The notes under the pieces are model-generated. The model was not told the DNA's origin and did no database searches. It worked only from the letters and a program-made list of their open reading frames with translations. DNA of 64,000 nt from Antedon mediterranea (lineage: Eukaryota > Animalia > Echinodermata). Shown here piece by piece: positions 13,201 to 28,200 of the stretch. The translations under genes were made by a program, and so were the position numbers. The number at the start of each line of letters is the position of its first letter. The stretch's first letter is position 1. The DNA lies in the NCBI RefSeq assembly GCF_964355755.1, contig NC_092674.1, forward strand, positions 9,548,001-9,612,000, written 5' to 3'.

Positions 13201-16200
13201 TGCGCAGATCAACTACAAAAACACGCCTCTCGCTAGTGTATTTTTCTTCCTTGATTTCACATGGTTGCCCTGTTTATAAAATTTCCTATTTCAAAAAAAA
13301 AAAGATGCTTTTTATTTTGTAAATCATTGAAAGAAACTTTGGTTGGGCCACTGGTGCTAAAGTACAATATGTATCTAACACAAAAAAAGCTATTATAAGT
13401 GACACAATGGATTTGTTGACTCTAGTTTGCCGAGTGGTTAAGGCCGAGATATTCCAACCTACTGTATACCTATAAATGTAATTTTACATTATATAGCAGG
13501 CGCTATATTAGCTAATATTAAGTTTAAAAAATCCCGAGCTTACATCATCTGAGGATATCCAATACCAAATTGCTACCTGCCTATGTTCATTAATAAACAA
13601 TTGGTAATGCCATACACATTTTTGAAGCGTGGTATAGCCTAGTAATCTAGGCCTACCATAATTTTGTTTTTCACCAATGTTTGCATATAGAAAATCTTTT
13701 AAAGCAAGTCCTTTTTTACCTGATGGGTGGACATGCCCGACTCGCGCATTGTTGTTACATGCGACACCATTACAACATAACAATGTGTTCTTGGCTTTGG
13801 CAGGTGGCTGTTAATTCGTGAAACAGAGGCCTACCTAAGATTAAGAAATGCTTTTGTTTTAAATACTGGGTGTGTCATAAACAGTTCCAGGACTGTTCAT
13901 TTCAAATAACATGTCTATAGCTCTTTGTTCTAATAAAATTCTACCTAGACACACACCTTGATGACTCATCTGTTAAAGATATTGTAGTTATAATTAACAT
14001 ATTGTATGCTACAGATCCAGATTATCATTGAGGAACAACTTAATTATTGTGAAGATGAACAGCATTTAACGGGGTAAATCCAAGATTTCTAAATATATTT
14101 AAAGATTATTATTTTTGACAAAACAAATAGGTTTTAGTGTGCCAATGGTGTGTAAATAATGCCAGAATTGAATACGGTATTTTAAAATGGCTGATGCAGT
14201 AATGAAAATGAACATTTTGTTTCACCTAGAAATCGGAAGATACATTTTTGAAAAAAATATATTTCATTTTTTTCCCTTGCAGTTACATTTGGTGCTATGC
14301 CAAATTAAAGATCCATATTTTTGCAGCTACTGTAATTTGCTGTCGATCAATTCTGGAATAATTTTATTTTATTAACTTATCTATAAATTACAAGATCAGT
14401 TCCTGTTTTTATACACGGAACATTAGCGGAACATTACATTTAACTATCAGTATAACCCCTTAACATGGCAGTGACTTAATATTTATAATCTCTATTAATA
14501 TTATTATTTTGTACTTTATTTATTGATTTTTAAATTTTAGTTGAAATATTAGTTAAATCGTCGACATTTTATCAAGAGTGTATTGCTGCCTGTTCAAAAT
14601 TGTATCTCCCTTTCCGTCCAAATAAATTATAAAACTGTTAAGAGAGGCAGAAGAATATTTGTACACTAATTTGGAAAATATAATGCAAATTCTGCTGTTT
14701 ATTGCTAACAGTTGTCTTTATATGTTGTTGGAATGACTATTTAATTTATTACTTGAGGCTATATAAGCTAAATGAAAAACCTCTTAACGTAGTCATATAT
14801 CTGTTTAGAATATATGTCAACGCATCATCATAACGTCATCGTTTTGCATAAAAGGAAAAATATTTCTTGTAAAAACATCAGACGCTTTTATGAATTTGAC
14901 GAAAGTAACAAAATATTTATAAACTTGAAATTATTTCCACGGCTTAAAAGATTTTTTTTCTGTATCGAAAATTTTTACTTCTTTTAGGATTTTTAGATTG
15001 AGAACTTTTTCTTTTATGTTATCCATTTTATGGATGTGTAACTGTAAAATACTGTGAATTTCAGATGAATATTTTAAAGACTAATTTCTCTAGGCTCCGA
15101 TGTTTTGAATAGTTTCATTTTTTAATGTTTGGATACATTATATATATTTAGATTATTCATTAAAATATTTAATAATTTGCTATTTTTACATGATTTTTAT
15201 TAACAAAATGAATTAATAATAAATAAATATATGTTTAGTTGTACAGTACTACAGGCCTTTTCTTTTGAAAATTATAGGTGTGCTACAAATTGCAATCCTC
15301 AATACATTCAGGGGTACTGTAGGTGTGCTGTTTGTATTTTGATGTGTAGAAGTTTACCAAATTTAGGCATGTTGTAAATCGCACTCCTCAAGGGCAGTTT
15401 AGGAGTGTGTTAGGTGACTGATCGCTCTCGCTCGCCTCAAAATACAAGGCCTGGTACTACTCTTGGTGATTAGAAGGATCTTAAAAGAAGTACAGTAGCT
15501 CTGCCATTTCCAGACCACCCAGCCTATTATTTTATCAAATTCTGTCCTCCAGGCCTGAAATTTTAAAATTTTACTGGCCAGGCCTAAACATTTTCCACAG
15601 CCAGTGCCCTAGATGCTCAGTTGGCATTAATGCCTTTGAAATTGAGCAATAACAATCATTGCGACAAATGGCCTTTTATTTGATTTGATAAACCTTGAAT
15701 GAACACAAACTTTTGTTTTATTTTACATGGCTTTGATGCCTTACTACTTGGCCTTGTTGCCACTCAAATGAAATAAAACATGGAGGCTATCCTTTAACCC
15801 CTCCAATTTAAGGCCTGTGTTACTGAGGAAAATATGTTATTTATAACTTCTTGAGCCATGCAAGACAGAATGCTGTAAGTTTAACGTGTGTATTTGGACT
15901 CAGTTTTGCGTAATAATTCTTCATTAGTACTCAATATAGGATTTTTTCTAAATTGACAAATATAATCATTAATGGCTGTCAGATGACAGAACCCGTGTAT
16001 CTCTACAAATTACATTCCATAATATTACTATAATCTGTCATATTACTTGTCATAATTGGTGACATATATCTTCAAATGGTGACATATTCTTTAATAGATC
16101 CACAAATACTGGGTATTAATAACCATTTGTCATGATCATGCAGACAATCCACCTGTTAGTGTTACCGCCTAAATTTGCCTCGTAAAATGTATTAAAACTG

Positions 16201-19200
16201 ATATTCAATTTCATCTCAAAATCTTTCCATCATTACAGCAATGTCAATGACTCGAGCTGTAGACATTTTTGTTGTGAAAATTTTACATTCCTGCATGTCC
16301 ATATTTCATAAAGTGAGCAGATTAATTCTCTAAAAAAGTTCAAAAACCAAATTGTTTTTGCAAATTTTCAAGTTTCAGACTCGATTAATCACATATTTGG
16401 GCAAACATCTGGTATGCAAGAGTAAATCTTAACTTGCGTATTGTAAGCTTTGTTCACTAATCTTACACTTTGAGCTGTCGTAACAAACATTAGCGTTCCA
16501 TCCACTAATCTTTTCCCGGTTTAGAGTTATACGCAGCATACGATACAAAGGCATATCGCCATAGGTCTGAACAGGCCCTAAAGTAACTGTAAAATTTGGG
16601 GTTCCTTAAAACACAGATCTTGATATGTCTACTCTACAGTATAAATGCTGACACAATAAAACTAGGTTATTGTGACTTCAGGTACCATACTGTACAGTAT
16701 GCCAAAAAATAATAGCGTATTAATATTATAAATATTGTATGTGGCAAGGCTTAATATGAAATTATATGCTCCTATTTATTAGATATGGTATTGGGTCCAA
16801 TATCAAATTTCCTATCTTGAAATAAATACCAGATGTTGAATACTTATTAACTCATTGATTAATGCTCGGTGAAATATTTGAATCTAATTTTCACTGATTT
16901 TATGCAAAGTGACCAAGACTATATATTTACCTAGAGATTTGTTTTTTTCAATAATAGAAAGTAATGTGTTTGTTTTGAAGTGATCAACAGATATGATTTT
17001 CTATGATGTCTTTTAAAAAAAGAATAATATTACGGTAGTTGTTGACATTATGGGGATATTTTACAGTAGGTAGGCTTATGGCAACCTGAACTGAAAGCAA
17101 CTCAACTCAGCTGCAAGGAACTAATTACATGAGCGCTTATGTCAACTCTCTCTCGGCAAAAGGCACGGAACTCAAAGAAACTGATGGCGATTAGTTGTAG
17201 TTACCCATGCCGCATGCAATGTGAAGTAGGAGCCATTGTGTGTGAGCCCTTATGCTGATAATGAACTGATCGCTACTGGTCGCTTTTACCCATACCTCAT
17301 AGTCATACATGACACGATTACAAAATTTCAGTTGCATTTAGTTCTTTTGTTTTTAGTTCTGCTAAAATAGAACATGTTCAACTCAACAGAGCTCAACTCA
17401 ACAGAGCTCAACTCAAAAGAGCTCAACTCAACACAGCTCAACTCAACAGAGCTCAAGTGCACTTTTATATTTTTCATGTAAACTGCGCATTGCTTTTAGT
17501 CAGTTTTAGTTGCTCAGAGAACTTGTGTCGATACAGTTGTGTTCCATGTAAAGTGTAGCATAAGCATCGATCTAAAATGAGTATGATGTGTTGTTCCAGC
17601 AGTAAGCATCCATCTACTGTACAACAGGTTGGAAATATCACATGTTGGACCTTGGTGTACAGTACCAATTGAAAATCAAGAGCTACCAAATTAAGAAGCA
17701 AACTTTGTCATTCATACTGTAGATCCTTGTTATGAGCAGGGGCGGATCCAGGATTTTGAAATAGGGGTGGCGTAGCTTTTTGGCGTTCTAGGGCATTGTA
17801 AGTCGTTTAAAACGATTTACAAACAATTCATAATGTCATTTACCAAACACTCTGAAGCTCGCAAATTACGACATGTGGAACATGCAGCTGATACTTACCT
17901 AGGGTACCAAAGCAAGCTAACAACTTGCCTGTACTTTACATCTATATTTTTACAACGCGACGACGTTTTTCAGCTTTTATATAAGCATAAACTTGTCCTA
18001 GCCTAGGCCGGTATTATTTTCTTACACGTCTTCTTATACGTCACGTTAAAGCGGGTCGTCACAGAGTCTCATGCATATTAATGAAGCAAACTTGCTGAGA
18101 GTGTTTTCCACCACCACGCAACACATGCGACACGAGATTTATCGAAACTCCGAGCCATCGACTGACGATCATGTTTTTGACAATTAAAATCACGGCATAT
18201 TCAACGACCTGGTTTAAACGATCGTTTAAAAATTAGCGGTCCGGCTCGATCATCATTACATTATATTTAGTGATTTGAAAAAAACAAAACGCCCCTTTTG
18301 TCATCGCGATTTGTTTATGAGAATCATCGACGGAAAAGCAAATAAAACAACAAGGGTCATGAAATGCTGCATGCAGCATTGTTAATATTTTAATAGTAAT
18401 ATGTTTTAATAAAATATAGGCCTAACGGGATAATTTTCATAGGCACTACAGTCCTAGCCTTTGTTTTTATTGTATTTAATAAATTGGCGCGTAGTGTAGC
18501 ACTGACCATGTGACTTCATAAACTCTATTGATCGTCGGAGGTACGTACCGCTACTCTACAATACGGGAGTGACGATCACAATGATGCCGACCTGCTTAGT
18601 AAAACGCGACCAAGCACCACATGGCTTTTATCAACTTGCTCCTTTTAGTTTTACACTAAACTGTGAATGATCGTTGGTAACGCTAGAGATTGATAGTACA
18701 CAAAGGATGTTGACGTACATGCTTGGTGAAATGCGATCAAGCTGACGATGTGCTCCGACGTACTATTTTCACTATGAAAATGACCGTCGAAACGATACGT
18801 GTTTTTAAAATCTATTTAATTAAAAAAAAAAAAAAAAAATCTTCAAAAAATAGGGGGCGTACGCCCCACACGCTAGATCCGCCACTGATGATTATGATAA
18901 TTGGAGGTGTACTGTACAAAGAGAGGCCTTGTTATTTGAAAATGATAGGTGTGCTACAAATTGCACTCCTCAATACATTTAGGAATGCTGTACAGGTGTG
19001 CTATTTGTATTTTAGTGTGTAGAACTTAGAAGTTTACCAAATTTAAGCGTGTTGTAAATCGTGTGTTGGGTGAGTGATCCCACTCGCTCTCCTTAAAAGA
19101 CAAGGCCTGAAGACTTGCCAAGTCTCTTTGTCCTTTCTAACAATCTCGGAAGAACTACGAAGACTAAACTCTCCAGAATAGATTTATAAATCAAATGATT

Positions 19201-22200
19201 GAACCAGTTCATTTTGTGACCTCTTTCTTTCAGAATTCTCCTCTTTGTTAAATAAGCAAGCATATTTCACTCATACTTCTAGTAGGATGTTTTCTTTTCT
19301 CCTAAAATGTTTTATGAGGCAGGAGTTGTATTGAGACTCCGAAAGATTCATTCTGTGACAGCTGTGAAAAGATGTTTTTTTTTTTTTTTTACTAAGAATA
19401 TCTGATGTGTTGATATGTACCGGTTCAATAGGTTCCTGGAGAATTAATAAATTTTCCTATGTGGTGTGCAATATGTGCTATATATTAATGTGTGATGCAT
19501 AGTGCCAACTGCAAGCTTGTATTGTTGCCAGAATTTTAATATTGACCTTGTAACATGTAAAGGTTAATTATAATACCTTGCCAATGTTATTATGTTATCA
19601 AACTTATTACATTTAGCATGTTTAGTGTTTTTTTAAATCCATATTCAAGCGACAGCTATTATTAGGATAAAATGTTCATTAACATAACATTTCCAGAGTC
19701 ACCGTCAACCTGCTGCATTTCCTGGTGTGTTGGGGTACTATACAAGAGTTTTGAATATTACTAGGTATCCCAATGAAAAAATTCAGATTAATTTTTTTAC
19801 ATTTTCTTTCAGTTAACCATAAAGAACTTAATGTAATTAGCATTTTGCAATTTAAATGATTGAAATCCGATTACCCGTTCTAAAGTTATGGTTATTTAAA
19901 GTGGTAAAAAAATATACGATTTTTTGCCTAAAAATGGTGTTTTTTGCAGTTGAAATTGGAAGCATTTTTAAAAGGTTATAACTTTTACAATAATTAGTTA
20001 AAAGTTTTTGAATTTTGTTAAACCTATAGATATCACAGAGTTGTACAACTCTATTTTTTTTGGAGCCTCAACGAAACCTATTTTTTAAATTATTGGTCCG
20101 CAAAGTGGTAGGAAAGCATTTAACGCCCATTTTTGCTGGAATTCCCTAAAAAATGAAAAAACTGCAATTTTTCAATGATCTGTAACTTTTGAACTACTGT
20201 ACTAATTCATTTAATTTTTTTTGTACTTGTTAGAATGTAGTGTATATTTCATTAATAAATATATTTTAGATGTGTATATGAAAAAAAAAAAATTTTTTAA
20301 TGGTGAAATTTAAAATTATAAAAAAAAAAAATGAAAAAGTATGTTAAAAACGGTGTGTACTGTTTCCTTTCTTTTACACTAATTTTCGGTAAGTATAATT
20401 ATTAGAATATTTTAATATACTTTATATTTATAATTTCAATCATAAATACTATTATATATAACTTTTGAATACGTAAAACAAGATTTTAGGCCCATATGAT
20501 TATGACACCAAATCTAAGCCGGGCTGCTATAGTAAGATATGCTCTTTTTAAGGCAAACGCACAATATGGGTCAAAATAAACTCATTTAAAATAATCAATG
20601 TTAATTAAAACAATTAATTGTTTACCTGAATAGTATATATAACATTATAAAAATTGTTTTCTTTTCGTATTATTACGTTATTAAATTGAAATACGGAGCT
20701 AAAGTTTAGGCCAAGTCACGGCTTACTCGCGATCAGTAGTCGCTCCCGTTAAAGTATTTCGGTCGCAGTTAATGACTTTCGGCCGCCGTATACAGAGTCA
20801 AATGTAACGTTGGTAAATTAGCTTAATAAATTTCCTCGGTACATTTTAACCTAACGCATTTGCATTGTATACTTGCATAATAAATCTTCCGCACATTACA
20901 TCAATTTTAAGTTGTTAAATTAATGTGTAAAAACAGATATTCTACAACGGAAAAGGACATGTCAATCTCCGACATCGCTGCTGTCACACATCTCGCGTCG
21001 AGCCGGTCGAACTCGAGCGAGGAAAACTAAACAACGTGTTCAAAATATGGAACGTACCATTCGCTGATAGGGTGCATTAATGTATTTAACGGAAAACGCC
21101 ACAACAAACACGCGCGTATTTTAGAGTACAATATTTTACTCACTACAATATTCACCGGATAATAATGGTTGGATCTTTAAAATTTTGAACGGGATTTACG
21201 CCTCATGCACCATTTTAAAATGTAGTTCGCACAATTACCATGCACAATACGTTTGTAAACTATGTTTTATCGATTTCAATGTAGATTTAGCTATAATTTA
21301 ATACCAAAATCCATAATATTTTTCCATAAACGGTGAATCAAAATTGGATTTTTGTCACAAAAATTGACTTTTCGTTACGAAAAACCTATTTATAGAAGAC
21401 GATTTTCGTATCAAATTAAAGCTTATTTAAAGCCTGATAACATACAACAAAAATTAATCCGCTAGCTCCAATGGTAATCGTGCGATCGTGTTTTGAAAAC
21501 TGATGGGGATTTTCCATTGAGGTTTTCAACGCGCGGAAATCGGCTCGACGGGATTTTAGAACCGTTTTAAAATCGCATTTTCTCGGCAACTAATTCATTA
21601 ATTTTAATTATAAACACACTTATACATAGATTAAAACAAGTACTTTCAAACAATATAAATTTTGTAAGTATTAATTAAGATTGAATACGATTTATTTAAC
21701 ATCAAAGTCATACTACTTTTTCGAATTTCGTCAATATTTCAAAAGTGATACCCCTCTGTGCGCTTTCATTGGGATACCTAATATTACAGTTGTGCTCCAG
21801 TATTTACATATATTACATGTGTGACATGTCTTTCCAATCAGTGCATGTGTGGCATGTAATTCCAATTTTCTTTACATTTGTGACATGTCATCCCAATTCA
21901 TGTGTAACGTGTCATTCCAACCTATACATCCGTATGTGTTATGTGTGATTCCAATCCGTACACTTGTGGCATGCCATTCCAGTCAATACACATACACGTG
22001 TGGCATGTATTACCATTTCGTACATGTGTGATGTGTCATTCCAATCTTCTTTACAGGCGTCATTTGCGTGTCGTGTTATTCCAATTCATATGTGTGATGT
22101 GTCATTCCAATTCATAGGTTTGACGTGTCATACCAAATTATATGTGTGACGTGTCATTCCAAATTATATGTGCGATGTGTCATTTCAATCTGTACATAGT

Positions 22201-25200
22201 GTGACGTTTCATTCCAATCCGTACATAGTGTGACATGTCATTCCAATCCGTACATAGTGTGACGTGTCATTCCAATCCGTACATAGTGTGACATGACATT
22301 GAAATCCGTACATGCAGTACTGTAATGTTTTATTTCAATCCGTACATAGTGTGACGTGTCATTCCAATCCGTATATAGTGTGACGTGTCATTTCAATCCG
22401 TACATAGTGTGACGTGTCATTCCAATCTGTACATAGTGTGACATGTCATTCAAATCCATACATGCAGTACTGTAATGTTTCATTTCAATCCGTACGTAGT
22501 GTGACGTGTCATTCCAATTCGTATGGATATAGTGTAACGTGTCATTTCAATCCGTATATAGTGTGATGTGTCATTTCAATCCGTACATAATGTGACATGT
22601 CATTCTAATCCATACATAGTGTGACGTGTCATTCCATTGCTTTTTAACAATAGGAAGATATGTAATTTAATGTTGTGTTGACACAATTTTAATAGTTTTA
22701 TTAAACATTGTCTAGCCTAATTATTAATGAGTATAATGTGCATATAAAGTGTGTTAACATTGTTTTTGTTATAAAATTATTACTTTGGCTATTTTCCAAA
22801 AATGTATTAATATTCTTATACTGTACTTGTTTCACAAGATTGGCTAGGTTCATTCCTATTCAAATGGATGTATTAATGACAGTGGGTTTTGCTTTTTATG
22901 CCCATGCTCTCGGCTAATTTCCATACCAGTTGGCAACAACATTTATTGAGCATGCTCAGTTGTACAGTAACAATCAATTGATGTGTTTTGCATCTTCAAA
23001 TTTCTTAAAGATTTTATGTTAATATTTAAGAATCAAATCAAATTTCTTATTTATGCTAAAATTGGTGTTTAAAATAAATGAAATAAACTTGTGTTAATAT
23101 TGATACACTTGTTCAATAATAAAAATAACTAGACATGAAACTCGTCACTTTGACGAGTTAGTTATCCGCACCACGACAAACGCCACGTGCACGTCTTACG
23201 TTGGAATATTGCACACAGGTAAAGATTATGGCATTATGACAAGAACTGAAGAATATGATATGCTGTTAGTGCTGAATTCTGTCAATTTTGTGTCATATAG
23301 TATACATGCAAACAGTATAATCTGTATACATATTACATGCAGTGTAGAATAGGTGAAATTACGGGACCCGCCATTTATTCCAATTTTTAACATGGCGACG
23401 GTATCAAAATGAAACACTTAGATAGCAATTTCAGAAGGAAATTATCTCAGGAACAACATATTAACGTGTAGAAGAAATTTGAATACGTAAAATATAGATG
23501 CGCACCCTTTTAAATGTGATGAACTATTACGCAAAATATGAAAATACGACTTTTTTTATTCAACTGGCCATATGATGACGTCACAACATCCGATTGGCAA
23601 AATGTTTACATGAATTCGTATCTACAATCCAATAGCTTCCATAAAACGTTTTAATCGTGATTATCACATTTTATTCTTACGAGCTATTACAGATTAAAAT
23701 TTACTGTAAAGATGAAATTAATGACCCACGTAATTAAAATTGTTTGGCATGATGACGTCATAAAAATTAAAATATTTTTATCTCATGCTAAAGAAAGTTG
23801 ATTGACCTACACAATATATAAATGTAGGAGAAAAAGGAATACAGATAAGCGTGATGCGCTCCATTGAATGTGATGAGCAATAACGAAAGAGACAAAAATC
23901 CTATATTTTACATTCGTGTGGCCATACGATGACGTCACAATGTTTTTTTAGCCTTATCGATGCATGATCCGATATCTACAACTCATCAACTTCTAGATTT
24001 TGTAATAAAAATAAACGGTTCACGGTTTACTTTAGAAACTATGACTGTTTAAAAAAAGACATAATTTTGACGATTTTTTAAGCTTTTTCATAAAAAACGC
24101 GCATGAAATGTTTAATTCAACGTGTTCGTATGGCGTTATTTAAATTGGAAAAGGTCTAAATTGTTTTCAAAATTACTAGGAAAGGCTTGAAAAATATGAT
24201 TCAAGGGAAAAAAATATGTTTTTAACGCTACGTGCGCACCGCGTGCGTAAAAAATTGCGCGCCCGTGGGAATTTTTGACATGCTCAAAATGACAAGAAAC
24301 GCATAAAAAGTTGATTAGAAATTAATTTTGCGCATTTTGAAATTTTAAATGCGCGTGCGCGCGTAACTTCTTGTGAAACATGCCATTTTTAATCCGTAGA
24401 AAGTTTGCCCCTGATATGACTTAAATTTTGTCAAAGTGTCAATACTAAATGACTTTTAGTTTTTAATCTATGATCAATCATTGAAATTCATAAAATTGCG
24501 CGTAAGTTACGTTGCGCAACTATGACGTCATTCAAAAATAGGAGGTGCACAACTTCACGTAAATACCCATATGTTGTCAAAGTTATGAAATGTTATGTTT
24601 ACACATTTTAGAGAAACGCGATCCACAAAAAGGAAGGATGGAAAGAAGAATAATACAGAAAAAAACTGTTGATCTCATACAATAACAAGGAGTTATCCGC
24701 TTGGTATACCAAGCGGATAACTAACTAGATTTGGCAACATTTACTTAAAAAACCTGTGAAAATGTATTGTTCCTTTATCAATACAGTACTAATACTATAG
24801 AGAGATCCAGATGAATCTTTTCACTAAAGTTATGAAAATATGATTGACATGGTGAATTAACAAAATGCGGTTGAATGATCATGCTGAAAAGCTTTCATGG
24901 CTAAGTTTTATTATTATGAGAAAGATATTGGGAAAATTTGAAAATCATTGATGTTAAATTTTTTTTAGAGAATCGCTAAACAAAAATCTGTACTGCACAT
25001 AAAGAAAAGAAAGGTTTTGCACAATCACAATAGGTGATCTTTTAAATTGACCTAATTTATTATTCTTAAATAAAAATACTTGCATAACAACGGCACACAA
25101 ATAAACATGCTTTAACAACTTAACTGGCTTCTACCAATTATACTGGGCATTCCCAAAGCCAGGTTGAGGATCAAAAGGTACCAAATCATTTTTTTACAAT

Positions 25201-28200
25201 TAAAAACACATTCAGAATTTCCAGAAAATCATACAAAATTATGCATGCCCAATGGTGTCTGGTATTTGGAGAGTTGGCTATTTTCTATTTCATGATGTGT
25301 TGCAGGCCTTTTCTTTTGAGGTGAGCGAGTGTGATCACTAACCTAACACACGCCTAAACTGCCCCTGAGGAGTAAACAACACACGTAAATTTGGTAACCT
25401 TATACACACCAAAATACAAACGACACACCTACTGCACCCCTGAATGTATAAGAAGTGAAATTGGTAGCACACCTACAATTTTAAAAAGACAAGGCCTGGT
25501 TTTGCTTTCTGTTGCATTCTAAACAATTTATGTTGGATTTGAAAAGTGTGTGAAAATTTTGTGCTTTTCACTTTAAGTTTGTAACAAGATCTATATGTTG
25601 GCTTGTTTTACTGTCATTTGAACTATTCAGTAATCTATGTTTCATAAATTTATTCATGAGTAAGTCTACGGTTACTGTAAATTGTTTATATTTTGGAAAC
25701 TATAAATACATTCTGTTAGTGCTATAATGTTGGACCTGTTTGATAGGCTCAATGTCGAAAATGTTTAGTATTGTTTGATTTTATTTAAAACAGTCGGCGG
25801 CCTTTTTCTATTGAAAAATGAACAGTTTATGTTGAAACCTATTTTAAAAAAGATCATGTTGCAGCTAAAAATTGCTCAACAAAAATAAAACTGGTATTTA
25901 ACGATTGAGTTTGGAATTAATTTGGATTTATTCATCCCTATTTAAAATCTGTTCTTTTTATGAACACCTGTTTCTGTTGACAAAACCGAAGCAATACACG
26001 TCAAATCAAAGTGAATTGCACAGAGAAAGTTGAATGTTTTGTGCTGCCGAAATTTTACATTAAATTTCTTATAAAAAAATATTCAATTTTGAATTTGTCA
26101 TTATTGATGGAGTACATACTGTATTTTCAATTTCTTCTAAATGTTCCTAGTCTATTTCTCAGAGCTCAAGATTTAAACTGTTCATTCTAATGTAAGTCTT
26201 TTGATATAATTAAGCTCAATTTATAGCTTCTTCAATTTGATGATTTCTCTATCGGGGATGCAGCATGTGTTAATACAATACAATTTATCTGTTCTTAAGA
26301 TGTAAAATGCTGTGAGAGAAAATGCATGAATACATGGATTGATTTTGTGCAAGGTAGCGGATGTTGCTGAGACGCTCACCTACAGACCACATCATAATTA
26401 AGTAGTTTACTGTACCACTCTAATCTTGGTAATCTTCCAGTAATCTTGGTATTCTTCCAATGGCTTTCTTTTACTACTATCAAATGTGCATCCAAAGTCC
26501 TTAAAAAATTACTGGTATTGGTTCATCAATTAAATTTGTTTTTATTTTGCTGGTTGTCCTTAATATTAACCAAAGGTTACGTATATTGTTTAAGTGTTCA
26601 ACTTAAAGGCGTATATTACAAATATATGATAAAGATTAAAACTTGACCTAATGCCTTTATTCCTAGTATTCTTTCGATTTCTCCGCCTGGACTGATTTGG
26701 CAAGGTTTCAGATGAGATCTTTTTAAGATGACCTGTTTTGTGCAATTGTCACTATCCTGATATAAATGCTTGCTATTATTTAAAGTGGTATAAGCACAAG
26801 CTAACTTGCTTTAAATACTAAAAAAATGCATGATTCCATTTTTTGTCTGGATTATACAATGAATGAATTCATTTTTTGTGCATCAAGCAGACTAATACTA
26901 AGCTTTAGAAAGCAGTATATTTTCTGCCACAATGGAAAAAAGCTTTATTTCATTTGAGTTGACCTACTTTTTTTTATTATTTAATACAATGTTTATCATC
27001 TCCCAACATGCACAAACTATTGTGATATTTGCCATTAATAACTGAATTACTTCCCTGATGTATTGACCATCCCTTCCCATCTTCCCTTCTTCTTCGTAAT
27101 ATGTTAATACAATTTCTAATACAGTTCCTTATATAGTATAAAATATTAACCAGGTTTAAGTAAATCTTTGCACTTAATATTCTTTTTAGCCTCTGGGTCT
27201 ATTCCCTCCCCCTACTTTGTCTGATTTCACCCCAGGTATTGCCTTTTGGTCTTTACAGTACGTAGGCCTCTTTAGCCAGTTCAGATGAGTTTTTACAAGA
27301 AATGCTTACAAACATTTATTCCCTGAACCCAGCCCAATTCATAGGATCTACAGTGTAAGTAATCGTACTACGCTTAAAATACAATAGAACCTTAATAAGG
27401 GAACACCTTTGGGAATTAGGGAAGTGTCCCCTTAATACTGATGACCCCTTAATAGCGATGACCCAAAGGGTTGGTTTTATTGTACAGTATATCGTTTTAC
27501 TTGAACTAACCTTTTTCCGTATGTCTCCGGTTTGTTCAGTGATACAATAAACACAATTTGTAAAAAATTTTTATTTATTTTTTTTTTTTTTTTTGTTCCA
27601 TAAAAAGCATACTGTATTTTGTGGAGAAAGTTATTAATTATTGTTAATTGTTAATTGCAGTAAAAAAGGTGTATTTTTAAATGTGGATATTTTGAAATCT
27701 CAAGTGAGTTTTCCAGCAAGTGCTTATTTCGGAAGCGCGGTATAGTAACATCTGCACTCCTTAATCCACGACCCATTGTTTAGTTATTTATTTAGTATTT
27801 AGCCTGTTTAACCATTCTGTTATCTTGGATAGGCTATTCTGCCAAGTGTACTGTAAGTGATCTAATAGAATCTAATATTGATTAATTGGACTTGTACAGC
27901 AAGTAGACGCATTCTTATAAGTATTGGTTCAGTGTGAATACTTTACATAACAATGGGAAATGTGTAATTAACAATGAATACATTATTAATAAGGTTTGTT
28001 TAAGTACCCCATATTGGTTTTAAAACAATTCCCTGCCAAGTATTATGTTCCCAATGGAAAATAGGAACGTTCCATTTACATTTTAGGTAATAATAATATA
28101 AAGAATAATAATACTCAACTACAGTGCACACTTCCTGTTTAATTTGAAATTTGAGAGGAGGAAATATGAAAGCTTATAATGTCCATATTTATACTGACAA

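Noticed and set aside
13424-13452. tRNA-like start gtttgccgagtggttaaggc
   Set aside because: Only an A-box/D-arm fragment, with no B box or cloverleaf; at most a SINE remnant.
26640-27350. Possible decayed L1/Tx1-like coding remnant on the minus strand (..HLNWLKR..)
   Set aside because: Too degraded to support without a translated search.
27380-27460. Tigger-like MITE ends (also near 31463 and 44860-44960)
   Set aside because: Short, degenerate fragments without paired termini; boundaries could not be supported.
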